A stretch of 64,000 nt of DNA, taken from an uncultured Acidobacteriaceae bacterium (lineage in GTDB: Bacteria > Acidobacteriota > Terriglobia > Terriglobales > Acidobacteriaceae). Below the pieces are notes generated by a model that saw only the letters and a list, made by a program, of their open reading frames with translations, was not told the DNA's origin and made no database searches. Location of the stretch: assembly GCA_963781245.1 (NCBI GenBank), contig CAWAFB010000026.1:17304-81303 (forward strand), given 5' to 3'. The position numbers were made by a program, and so were the translations under genes. Shown here piece by piece: positions 19,743-29,600 of this stretch; position 1 is the stretch's first letter, and the number at the start of each line of letters is the position of its first letter.

Positions 19743-22700
19743 TTGAGGCCGTCGACGGAGGAAGTTGTGAGCAAGCTTGTTTCAAGCAGAAGCGCCTACG
19801 CGCTTTTCTGCGTTCTAATGCTACTTCTCACCCCTGGATCTAATGCGCAACAACTGGCTTCTGCAAGAATCATCGGGGTTGTTATCGATCCCTCGGGGAA
19901 GGTCGTTCAGCATGCAACCGTCACCATCACAAATTTAGCGCAGGGCACGGCTCGAAGCTTGGATACGCAGGAGGATGGATCGTTCTCCTTCACGACTCTC
20001 GATGCTGCCAAGTATCGGCTCACGGTCACTCCTCCCACCGGATTCGCTGCCTACGAGCAGGACGTGACCGTCAACGTGGGGCAGGATCTCAGTGTTCCAG
20101 TAAAGCTTGAAGTGGCTACGAGCCAGACCAAACTGGAGATCGTAGCCGATACACCTCCTGCGGTGAATACAACAACGTCCGCACTCGGCGGCGTTATCAA
20201 TGCTCGCCAGATTTCAACCCTTCCCCTCAATGGCCGCAACTATCTGGAACTCTCGTTGCTGGTTCCGGGCAACGCGCCCGCACCCAACTTCGATCCCACG
20301 AAAGAGAACACAGTCGTCATCTCGACGGCCGGTCAGGTTGGCCGCGGCGGCAACGTGACCATCGACGGCGCGGACAACAATGACGACGCAGTCGGTGGCT
20401 CGCTGGTTAACATTCCGGAAGATGCCGTACAGGAGTTTCAGATCGCCACTAATCGCTTCTCGGCAGAGCTGGGGCGCTCAGGTTCTGCTGTAACCAACGT
20501 GGTTACAAAACAAGGAACCAACCAGATTCACGGCGATGTCGCCATGTATGAACGCGACAATGTTCTGCAGGGATTGCCCGCGACCTACGATCCGAGCATC
20601 GGGACTACACCGCCATTTCACCGCCAGCAATATGCAGCGGATATCGGCGGCCCGTTCCGGCAGGACAAGGCATGGTGGTTTGTGGCCGTCGAGGATCGCC
20701 AGCAGCTCGGTGCGGACCTGGTCGGCGTGCGCAACACCACCACGGATACCATCGGCCGGACTTTCGCCACTGCACCTCTGCATGACTTTCTGGCGACGAC
20801 ACGGCTCGACTGGCAGCCGACTGAACGCGACCGCATAGGCTTCCGTTTTTCAATGCAGCTAGAAGATGACCTCAGCCAGAGCGAGCTTGATCGCGCTCTC
20901 GGCACGGCCAGCTACCGCCAAACTGCCGAGAATCACCTCTTGGGCTTGATCGGCGACTGGGTGCACACCTTCACGCCTACGCTGATCAATCGCATGAGCT
21001 TCGCCGACAACAACTTCCTCAACATTACCAATCCCATCGTGACGGGACCGCAGATTACATATCCCGACCTTGACGATGGTGCAACCTATCGCATTCCGCA
21101 AGCGACGCGGCAATTCCGGCTGCAGGGGGATGACACGCTCACGTGGTCTCACCTCAAACAAACCTGGAGCTTTGGAGCCGAGGTTCAGTCCATCGACGCC
21201 GACTTCTATCTGCCTGTTTTCATCCAGGGCAATATTCAGACCGTCGAGGACTTTCCCGACTTCGATCGCAACGGTGACGGCGTAGTCAACGACAACGACC
21301 TGCTCTTCGCTGTAGGGCTGCGCAGCTCAACACCCACCATTCCGCTCAACCTGCCGAATTGCGACAATTATCATCTGGCCTTTTTCGCGCAGAACGACTG
21401 GAAGGTCCTTCCCAACCTCGTGCTCAATCTTGGTTTGCGCTGGGAGATGGATACCGACCTCAACAACCTGAGCTGGTATCCGCAGCGCAATCCGATTGTT
21501 GACTCCTTCTATCAGGGAAACCGTCACCGCTGGTGGAACAACTGGGGTCCGCGTATCGGTTTCAATTATTCCTTTAATCCCGATCTCAGCGTTCACGGCG
21601 GCTATGGCATCTATTACGATCGCATCACGCTTGAGATCATGTCGCTTGAAAAGGGTTTCGACGGACGCGCGCTTGCGCTCGACGTAACTGCTGGCAACGC
21701 GGTCACTAATCCTGACGGCACGCCGGTCTATCTGAACCCGAATGGCACGTTCGTGCCAGGAGCTCCCGAAGTCCTCTCAAGCCCGTTCAGTGGATTTCTC
21801 TTCGCCGGAGCCGGATCTACCGGTATCGACATCATCAGCAATCGCCTGCGCAATCCCATGGTGCAGCAGACAAACCTGGGCATTGAGACGCAAATACACC
21901 GCAGCCTGACGCTTAAAGTAGACGGCGTGCACAACTACGGTACACGCTTCATCATCGGCGATCCAGTGGGTTCGGTCTACAATCCGCAGACAGGCGGACC
22001 GGACGAGGTGACCAATCTCGAATCCGCGGTCGGGACCAAATACGACGCACTTTGGGTCGCCGCGCGGCAACTCTTCGGAAAATATGGCGAGTTTGATGCT
22101 GCTTACACATTGTCGAAGGCCTTCAACTACGCCAACGACGACCAGATTCCCTTTGAGTATTCACCCATCGATCCAAACAACCTGCAGCTCGAATACGGCC
22201 CACCGCCCAATGATCAGCGTCATCGCCTGGTGATGAGCGGAATTGCCAATCTGCCTTACAAGTTCCAATTCTCTCCGGTCTGGACCATTGCTTCCGGAGT
22301 TCCGATGGATATCCTTCTTCCCGATGGAAGCGAGCGTGTTCCGACCATGCAACGCAACGCCGGAGGACGCGAATTTCATAACGCGCAGCAATTGAATGCG
22401 TTCATCGCCCGCACCAACGCAGGCGGCGGAGTGTATGAAGCCAGTGCCAATAGCTACGTCATCCTGCCGCAGGTGAGCAACCACGCGCACTTTGACGACA
22501 GCTTCAATGCGCTCGACTTCCGCCTCAGCCGCAACATTCACCTTGGAGAACGCTACAACCTTAACCTTATCGGCGAGGCCTTTAACATCTTCAACGTGAC
22601 CAATATTCTCGGCGTCAGCAATCTGAACTACTCGGGGTTTACGAATACTTTGTCGCCGGATAGCGGCAATCCCAGCTACTCTTCAAGCTTCGGCCAGGCG

Positions 22701-22775
22701 GTTTCAACAGCGGGCGGCGTCTTCGGATCGGGCGGTCCGCGGGCATTCCAATTCGCAGCACGATTTAGTTTTTAA
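19743..22775 (+). CDS. TonB-dependent receptor with an N-terminal carboxypeptidase-regulatory-like domain
   Basis: About 1000 aa. Likely start is GTG 19767, preceded by GGAGGA. Signal peptide, an Ig-like CarboxypepD_reg segment (IIGVVIDPSGKVVQHATVTITN), a plug, and a C-terminal aromatic residue (F). Confidence 0.8.
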   Translation: MRPSTEEVVSKLVSSRSAYALFCVLMLLLTPGSNAQQLASARIIGVVIDPSGKVVQHATVTITNLAQGTARSLDTQEDGSFSFTTLDAAKYRLTVTPPTGFAAYEQDVTVNVGQDLSVPVKLEVATSQTKLEIVADTPPAVNTTTSALGGVINARQISTLPLNGRNYLELSLLVPGNAPAPNFDPTKENTVVISTAGQVGRGGNVTIDGADNNDDAVGGSLVNIPEDAVQEFQIATNRFSAELGRSGSAVTNVVTKQGTNQIHGDVAMYERDNVLQGLPATYDPSIGTTPPFHRQQYAADIGGPFRQDKAWWFVAVEDRQQLGADLVGVRNTTTDTIGRTFATAPLHDFLATTRLDWQPTERDRIGFRFSMQLEDDLSQSELDRALGTASYRQTAENHLLGLIGDWVHTFTPTLINRMSFADNNFLNITNPIVTGPQITYPDLDDGATYRIPQATRQFRLQGDDTLTWSHLKQTWSFGAEVQSIDADFYLPVFIQGNIQTVEDFPDFDRNGDGVVNDNDLLFAVGLRSSTPTIPLNLPNCDNYHLAFFAQNDWKVLPNLVLNLGLRWEMDTDLNNLSWYPQRNPIVDSFYQGNRHRWWNNWGPRIGFNYSFNPDLSVHGGYGIYYDRITLEIMSLEKGFDGRALALDVTAGNAVTNPDGTPVYLNPNGTFVPGAPEVLSSPFSGFLFAGAGSTGIDIISNRLRNPMVQQTNLGIETQIHRSLTLKVDGVHNYGTRFIIGDPVGSVYNPQTGGPDEVTNLESAVGTKYDALWVAARQLFGKYGEFDAAYTLSKAFNYANDDQIPFEYSPIDPNNLQLEYGPPPNDQRHRLVMSGIANLPYKFQFSPVWTIASGVPMDILLPDGSERVPTMQRNAGGREFHNAQQLNAFIARTNAGGGVYEASANSYVILPQVSNHAHFDDSFNALDFRLSRNIHLGERYNLNLIGEAFNIFNVTNILGVSNLNYSGFTNTLSPDSGNPSYSSSFGQAVSTAGGVFGSGGPRAFQFAARFSF

Positions 22776-23417
22776 ATGATGCAGGGATGCGCTCTTTCGC
22801 CAAGGAGCGCATCCGACGTTCTGATCTTCCTTGGAGTCAACGCAATGCCACATATCCCCTTCGAGCCCGGCGTGCCTGGCATTCGCGGCCCCATGGTATT
22901 CCGCCCTGAGACCGCAAAACCACTTCGTCAACTCGCGGAAATTCTGCTGCGGTCCGAGAGTACGCTCTCACCGGGCGAGCGCGAATTGATTGCCACATAT
23001 GTCTCCGCGCTCAACGACTGTCACTACTGCCAGACCGTTCATGGGTATACCGCGGCCGCACATCTCAATGGCAACGAGGCCCTTGTGGATTTCGCTAAGC
23101 ATAATCCCGAAGAAGCAGCTATTTCGGAAAAACTCAAAGCCCTTCTTGCGATTGCGGCAAAGGTTCAACAGAGCGGCAAACTGGTGACGCAGGAAGACGT
23201 AGATCGCGCACGCACGCTCGGTGCCACCGACCTCGAGATTCACGACACGGTTCTGATCGCGGCCGCGTTCTGCATGTACAACCGCTACGTGGACGGCCTT
23301 GCTACGTGGGCACCAGAGCAGGATTATATCTACAGAAATATGGCGAACCGTGTCGTTACCCTCGGCTATACGCAGCCCGGATGGGAAACGCCGTTTACCG
23401 AAGAACAGGCTTTATGA
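22776..23417 (+). CDS. carboxymuconolactone decarboxylase/AhpD-like peroxidase-related protein
   Basis: LNDCHYCQTVHG CxxC-type motif. The probable true start is ATG 22845, preceded by GGAG. Confidence 0.7.
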   Translation: MMQGCALSPRSASDVLIFLGVNAMPHIPFEPGVPGIRGPMVFRPETAKPLRQLAEILLRSESTLSPGERELIATYVSALNDCHYCQTVHGYTAAAHLNGNEALVDFAKHNPEEAAISEKLKALLAIAAKVQQSGKLVTQEDVDRARTLGATDLEIHDTVLIAAAFCMYNRYVDGLATWAPEQDYIYRNMANRVVTLGYTQPGWETPFTEEQAL

Positions 23418-24034
23418 CCCGCCCGGAATACGCGCTGCTCGCGGAACTGCGGCCCACAGCTGCTGGTCGCATCGAGACTCACATTCCGATAGTCGACGAA
23501 GCAGATTCCACCGGGGAAACCGCCGCAGCCTACCAGTATTTCCGAGACCAGACCGGCCGGCAGGATGTACCCGGAATCCTGAAATGCTTTAGCTCCAACC
23601 CGGCGTTTGTTCGCCAGATGGTCGATATCTCCTCGACGTTGCTTTTTGCCGACGGCCATCTCTCGCGGCAGCAGAAGGAGATGATCGCAACCTACATCTC
23701 GAAGCTGAACGCCTGCCCGTATTGCCTCGATAGTCACGGATTCTTCCTGCTGGTGCATGGCGCACCAGAAGGAGTCGCGCAGAAGGTGATTGCCGGCGAG
23801 ATCGATGACGCCGCGATCAGCCATGCCGAGCGCCAACTATTGCTCTATGTCGGAAAAGTGAACAGCGAATCCTTCAAGGCTACGAAAGACGACGTGCAGC
23901 AGCTCCGCGACTTCGGCTGGACCAACGAGCAGATCGCCGAAGCCGTGCACGTCGCCGCAATGATGGGCCTCTGCAACCGAGTGGCGAATGCATTCGGTCT
24001 GCCCGCGCAGGGGTTTCTCGACCTCAGGCATTAG
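23414..24034 (+). CDS. carboxymuconolactone decarboxylase/AhpD-like protein (paralog of the preceding gene)
   Basis: LNACPYCLDSHG motif. ATG 23414 overlaps the upstream stop (ATGA). The ORF-track start at 23306 is probably too far upstream. Confidence 0.65.
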   Translation: MTRPEYALLAELRPTAAGRIETHIPIVDEADSTGETAAAYQYFRDQTGRQDVPGILKCFSSNPAFVRQMVDISSTLLFADGHLSRQQKEMIATYISKLNACPYCLDSHGFFLLVHGAPEGVAQKVIAGEIDDAAISHAERQLLLYVGKVNSESFKATKDDVQQLRDFGWTNEQIAEAVHVAAMMGLCNRVANAFGLPAQGFLDLRH

Positions 24035-24040
24035 CTGAAA

Positions 24041-24793
24041 TCATCGTCCGTCGCGCAGACGGGACGCCAGCCGGTCCGGCAGTCCTGCCTGCACGATTGA
24101 GGACTGGGCCAGCCGAACATCATAAGGAACGCGGAAGAACGTCACCGTCATCTGTGCGTCGTCATAAATCGCAAACGCTGCCCGCCAGTCTCCGTCGCGT
24201 GGCTGGCCCACCGATCCCGGATTGACCAGATAGCGGATCTGGTCGCGCAGCTTCAGCTCAAACTCCTCCGGCTCAGTGTGCGAGTGATACCGGGGAGTCA
24301 ATCGGAACCATTCGTGGCCATTCGTCGCAAATCCGCCCTGCAGGTGCGTATGGCCAAAGAAGTTGATGCGCGTCTCGGCCTCATGCAGCGGAGCCCATGC
24401 GTCGCGCAGGGTCATCACGTACTCATCTTCATCGAGCAGCGAGCCGTGGACGCAGCTCACCTGCGGACCGTCGGGCATGATTGGTCCGGCAGGAATGTGT
24501 TTTAACCAGTCGGTATGTTCGGCCGAGAGCACGTTCCGCGTCCAGCGGGCTGCGCGCCCAGCAATCGGATTGAAATCCTCCAAACCCGTGAGGCCGCTGC
24601 AGGCGCGATCATGATTGCCGCGCACAAACACATGGCCCAGTTCGCGCACCCGATCGATGACCTCATTGGGATTGGCTCCATAGCCGACGACATCGCCCAG
24701 ATTCCAGACCACATCGTGGTCCGGAGCCACAGACAGTACGGAATCCAGAGCCTGCAGGTTGGAGTGGATATCGGAAAGGATCAGAGCTCGCAT
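24041..24793 (-). CDS. metallophosphoesterase-family protein
   Basis: ILSDIHSN, GDVVGYG, GNHD and GHTH motifs. Confidence 0.8.
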   Translation of the reverse strand: MRALILSDIHSNLQALDSVLSVAPDHDVVWNLGDVVGYGANPNEVIDRVRELGHVFVRGNHDRACSGLTGLEDFNPIAGRAARWTRNVLSAEHTDWLKHIPAGPIMPDGPQVSCVHGSLLDEDEYVMTLRDAWAPLHEAETRINFFGHTHLQGGFATNGHEWFRLTPRYHSHTEPEEFELKLRDQIRYLVNPGSVGQPRDGDWRAAFAIYDDAQMTVTFFRVPYDVRLAQSSIVQAGLPDRLASRLRDGR

Positions 24794-24876
24794 GGATAAA
24801 ATGCCAAATCAGCCACCAAAAAGGCCACTTATCAATCTAGTCCTACTCCGTATGGATGCAAAGAGCCGACTGCGTG

Positions 24877-25761
24877 TCAATTCAGGCCATCCACGCGCGC
24901 CCAATGTCCCGGCGAGCATTCCCGCAACGACAACGGGGTTGTGTCTACTGCCCTGTCCAGCACCGCCAGAGGCTTGGCGATGTCAGTCGACATCGTCGGC
25001 ACCGCGCCCAGCAGGGCCTTCGTGTACGCATGGACAGGATCGCGAAAGATTGCCTCGCGCGACGCCTCTTCGAGCAACAGTCCATGCCGCATAACTGCCA
25101 CACGATCAGCCACCTGAGACACCACCGCAAGATCATGCGAGATAAACAGCATCGCCAACCCAAACCTTTGCCGCAGGCTGGCCAGCAATTCGAGAATCTG
25201 CTGCTGAACCGTTACATCGAGGGCCGTCGTAGGCTCGTCGGCAATCAGCAGTCGCGGCCGGTTGGCGATAGCCATGGCGATCAGGATGCGTTGCCGCTGC
25301 CCACCCGAAAACTGGTGCGGATAATCTTTGTAACGTCGCGCCGGATCGTTCAGGGCCACGGCCTGCATGGCCGTCAATACCGCTTCACGCACCTGCCTTC
25401 GCGACATCTCCGGATTGTGCACGCGAATCGCTTCGGCAATCTGCTCCCCAACCGGCATGACGGGGTTCAGGGCCGTCATCGGTTCCTGAAAGATCATGGC
25501 GATGTCGCGCCCGCGCAGTTTGCGCATAGCCTCGGAGCCAATCGTCAGCAGGTTCACGCCATCGAATCGGATCGCCCCTTCGACTCGCGCCGCTGCATCC
25601 ACCAGCCGCAATATTGCCAACGCTGTCACCGACTTGCCTGAGCCCGACTCGCCCACCAGCCCCAGCACCTGTCCCTGCTGCACACGCAGGCTCAGGTCGC
25701 GAACGGCCTCGGTTGCGCCAAAACGAATGGTTAAACGATCAATTTCCAGCAGAACAGCCAC
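24877..25761 (-). CDS. ABC transporter ATP-binding protein (DppD/OppD-like), no adjacent permease
   Basis: Walker A GESGSGKS, signature FSGGQRQR, and Walker [13 protein letters not shown]. Confidence 0.85.
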   Translation of the reverse strand: MAVLLEIDRLTIRFGATEAVRDLSLRVQQGQVLGLVGESGSGKSVTALAILRLVDAAARVEGAIRFDGVNLLTIGSEAMRKLRGRDIAMIFQEPMTALNPVMPVGEQIAEAIRVHNPEMSRRQVREAVLTAMQAVALNDPARRYKDYPHQFSGGQRQRILIAMAIANRPRLLIADEPTTALDVTVQQQILELLASLRQRFGLAMLFISHDLAVVSQVADRVAVMRHGLLLEEASREAIFRDPVHAYTKALLGAVPTMSTDIAKPLAVLDRAVDTTPLSLRECSPGHWARVDGLN

Positions 25762-25816
25762 GCGCTCATGCTACCGGAGAGTCGCGCCGAAATCACTTCA
25801 CCATTCCGACACCGAA

Positions 25817-25861
25817 TGGTGGGCCCGGAGGGATTCGAACCCCCAACCAAAGGATTATGAG
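25817..25861 (-). pseudogene. tRNA(CAT) 3' half: anticodon loop, 3' anticodon stem, variable loop, T arm, 3' acceptor and CCA, with no 5' half
   Basis: The reverse complement reads CTCATAA-TCCTT-TGGTT-GGGGG-TTCGAAT-CCCTC-CGGGCCC-A-CCA. The sequence 5' of the loop is not tRNA-like. Confidence 0.75.
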
Positions 25862-26010
25862 TTCTCGGGCATCTCTGTAAATCTATGATAATAAAAGGAA
25901 TGCGAGCGTAATCGAGCGTAGGTCTAAGTAATTGAGCGACCGTAGTTTAAAGCAGTTTGGTGTAATTGAGGAAAACTGACGAGTGTACCGGCACTGTACC
26001 TTTAACCCAC
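25862..26010. repeat. arm-type repeat (P arm), homologous to 42172-42320
   Basis: Roughly 75% identity by eye over about 150 bp directly abutting the ATTATGAG core. It contains GAGCGTAAT-like iterations and GGTACAG-N-CGGTACAC. Confidence 0.7.
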
Positions 26011-26663
26011 AGAGGTGCTTCCTCATAATTCGCACCAGGCAAAGAGCGCATTTCACCATTGGAAAAGCATGAGAGTCGAAAAGCAACTCGGCCGACTCGA
26101 TTTGCAAGTTGCTCGGATACATGCTGGGTCGCCATCGCCGCCCACGGCCGTGTTAGCTGGGGCCGCGTCTGGTCGTGAATAACAGCACAAGCGCTAACCG
26201 CATTGGTCTCCGTCTCACTCAAAGCGGCGCAATCATTAGGACTCGAAGCGTCGTTCTAGTTGCTCCCCGCATAGCGGTCGAGCTTCCCGATCTGAAAGTG
26301 AGTGTTCGGCATTTTCGATAGCCCCTGTCGCTGATGACAGTAGGCAGAATTCCCGTCATGCTTTAAAAATCGCATAGACGCTGAGTGGAAGAAGTTGTTT
26401 GCTTCAAGACATAAGGAGGCAAAGCACCTCTCAGCAAGGAGGTCGAACGAGCGAACGAGAGCTGCGAAGCATCCTCGACAATTCGACCACATGATCTGGG
26501 TCAACAGGCGGCCAATATCTGCGCATAAATCGACAAGTTGAGCAGATTTTTGGACTCGACCGGTCGAAGCTATGCGGCAAGACTGACCACGATTTATTTC
26601 GTAGGGAACTTGCCGATCGGTACCGCGCGAACGATCTTGAAGTGATGCAGGCTAACCGGCCCA

Positions 26664-29600
26664 TTGAGTTTAAGGAGACCACTCTCCGGTCAGGTGAGCC
26701 TCACGACATGCTTTCGACGAAATTTCCTCTCTACGATGTCGCAGGAGCCCTGTATGCCGTTGCCAGAAATCTCTATTGACAGATCCGACCGCAAACGTGC
26801 CCACGATCAGCGTCGGGCAAGCGAGCAGCTATTTCGCTCCATTTTTGAGGACGCGCAAATCGGTATCACCTTCTACAAGATCGACACAAAGGAAATCTTT
26901 CCTAACCGGGCGATGCAGGAGATGCTAGGTCGCACCGAACAAGAATTAAGCCGCCTGGAGCAATGGGACGAAATTACTCCCCCGGATGATCGTGTCGCCT
27001 GCGCCGCAAGATATACCGAACTCATCCAGGGGAAGCGCGAAAGGGACGAATGGGAACAGCGCTTAATTCGTAAAGATGGCAGCATCGCACTTACGAGCGT
27101 CAGATTTACCTTGCTTCGGGATGCCGCGGGCAGACCACAGTATGTAGCCTCCTTGCAGGAAGACATCACGGAACGCAAACGAGCTCTTGAAGAACGCGAC
27201 CGTGTCATGCGCCAAATGGAGATGTTGCTGGAATCGACCGGGCAAGGCATTTATGGGATCGACCTGCAGGGAAACTGCACCTTCACCAACCGAGCGTGTT
27301 GCGAAATGCTTGGCTACCAGGCGGAGGTGTTGTTAGGCCGGAACATGCATGATTTGGTTCATCACCACAAATCAGACGGTTCGCTCTACCCGGTCGTCCA
27401 ATGTCCCATCTTTCGGTCATTTCAGAAAGGCGAAGGGTGCCGCGTGGACGCCGAAGTAATGTGGCGGCGGGACGGCACTGCGATCCCTGTCGAGTATTCG
27501 TCTTTCCCCATTCTTGATGATGAAAAGATCACTGGTGCCGTTGTTACGTTTGTTGATATCACCGAGCGAAAAGAGGCTGAGGAGAAGCTACGAGCAAGCG
27601 AGCAGCTTTTTCGTTCGGTCTTCGAAGGCGCTCAGGTCGGGATCGGCGTCTTCAAGATCCAATCTAAAGAACATTTCTCCAATCGCGCTCTCCACGAAAT
27701 GCTCGACTACAGCGGAGAAGAGCTTAGCCGACTGGACCAATGGGACAATATCGTTCATTCCGACGAACGTGTTTCCGGAGCAGAGCGATACGCCGCTCTT
27801 GTTGAGGGCAAGCGAGACAAGGACGAATATCAACAGCGTTTCATCCGGCGTGACGGCAATCTTGTTCTTGGCAACATGAGATGCCAGTTGCTCCGGGACG
27901 CGGCTGGGAAGCCGCAATGCGTTGTCGCCCTCACAGAAGACATTACAGAGCGTACAGCAGCAGAGGAGCTCCTTCGAAAGCGGGAAGAAGAGTTGCGCCG
28001 GGCCAATTTCCTGGCGGAAACCGCATTGGACCTTACAAAGGCCGGCTATTGGCACGTGCCGCTCGACGGCTCCGGATTGTTCAATTCTTCACCACGCAGG
28101 GATGCGATTTTTGGCGATATTCCCCGTCCGGATTTTCGGTATCCGCTCGAAGAGCAGTTCGCCCACACAAAAGAGGCTGATGAAGTTGTAGCCGCAGCGG
28201 CGCGGGAGGCCTTCAATGCCGCAGTGGAGGGCAAAATTGAGAAGTACAACACAATCTACGCCTACAAACGGCCTGTCGATGGACGAGTTATCTGGATCCA
28301 TGCTTTGGGCCATGTTGTAGAGGATGCGACAGGAAAACCTACCGACATTTATGGCGTGTCGCAAGACATCACCGAGTTCAAGCGTTTGGAAGCGGAGCTG
28401 TTAAGTGCGAAGGAAGCAGCCGAAATGGCCACGAAGGTCAAGTCCGAGTTCCTGGCCAACATGAGTCACGAAATCCGAACACCCATGAACGCAATTCTGG
28501 GGATGACATATCTGGCGCTAAGAACGGAGTTGACTCCCAAACAGCGCGACTATCTGAGCAAGACGAAGGCTGCAGCGGAGGGCCTGCTTGGCATCATCAA
28601 TGACATTTTGGACTTCTCGAAGATCGAGGCAGGCAAGCTCACGATGGAGCATACAGACTTCTGCCTAGACACTGTTCTCGAGCATTTGTCCACCGTGGTC
28701 AGTCCGAAAATTTGTGAAAAGAACCTAGAGTTCCTGATTGACGAACAGCATGACCTTCCTGCCCTCTTAGTTGGCGATCAGCTCCGACTCGGTCAGGTGC
28801 TCATCAATCTTGTAAACAATGCCGTCAAATTTACAGAGCGCGGCGAAATCGTGGTAACTGTCAAGCTTGAGGAGCAGCTTTCAGATCGAGTCGAGTTGAA
28901 GTTTGAAGTTCGTGACAGCGGCATTGGCATGACGCCAGAACAAAGCGCGCGTCTCTTCCAGGCCTTCAGCCAGGCCGATACTTCAACGACGAGAAAGTAC
29001 GGTGGCACGGGTCTGGGGCTTTCTATCTCGAAGCGGTTGGTGGAGATGATGGAGGGCAACATCTGGGTGGAAAGTGAGTATGGCTACGGGAGCACCTTTT
29101 GCTTTACTGCGTGGTTCGGCATTAGGGCCGCTGAAACGCGGCCGAAGAGATTACCTCCGGGTCTGGTGGGCATCCGAGCCTTGGTCGTGGATGACAATGC
29201 TATGGCAAGGGACATCCTCGCACATGCGCTGAGGCAGTTCTTGCCCAGGGTCGATTGCGTCTCCTCGGGCGATGATGCCCTTCGAATACTGGCCAGCGCT
29301 GATGAGCAGGACCCCTTTCAACTCATCCTGATGGACTGGCAAATGCCTGGTCTCGACGGTTTGGAGGCGAGCCGCGCCATCAAGAGGGAAGGCCGTCTGA
29401 GGAACGTACCGAAAATCGTAATGATCACTGCGTTTGATCGGGAAGAAATCCGTGCGCAGGCGGAGGAGTTGAGGATTGAAGCCCTAATCCAGAAGCCCGT
29501 CAGCCAATCTATGCTGTTTGACACGTTGATGAATATCTTCGGCTCTGTCAGAGAAGAAAACTCCTTAAGCATGGTCAGCAGAGTCGATGTTCAATCCTAC

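Noticed and set aside
24856-25641. 261-aa plus-strand ORF
   Set aside because: It is antisense to the ABC ATPase, which has clear Walker A/B and signature motifs. This is a shadow ORF.
25890-25960. Short direct repeats (GAGCGTAAT-type) that could suggest a CRISPR or tandem array
   Set aside because: The units are only about 9 nt, irregularly spaced and degenerate. There is no repeat-spacer periodicity and no cas genes. They are better explained as arm-type recombination sites.
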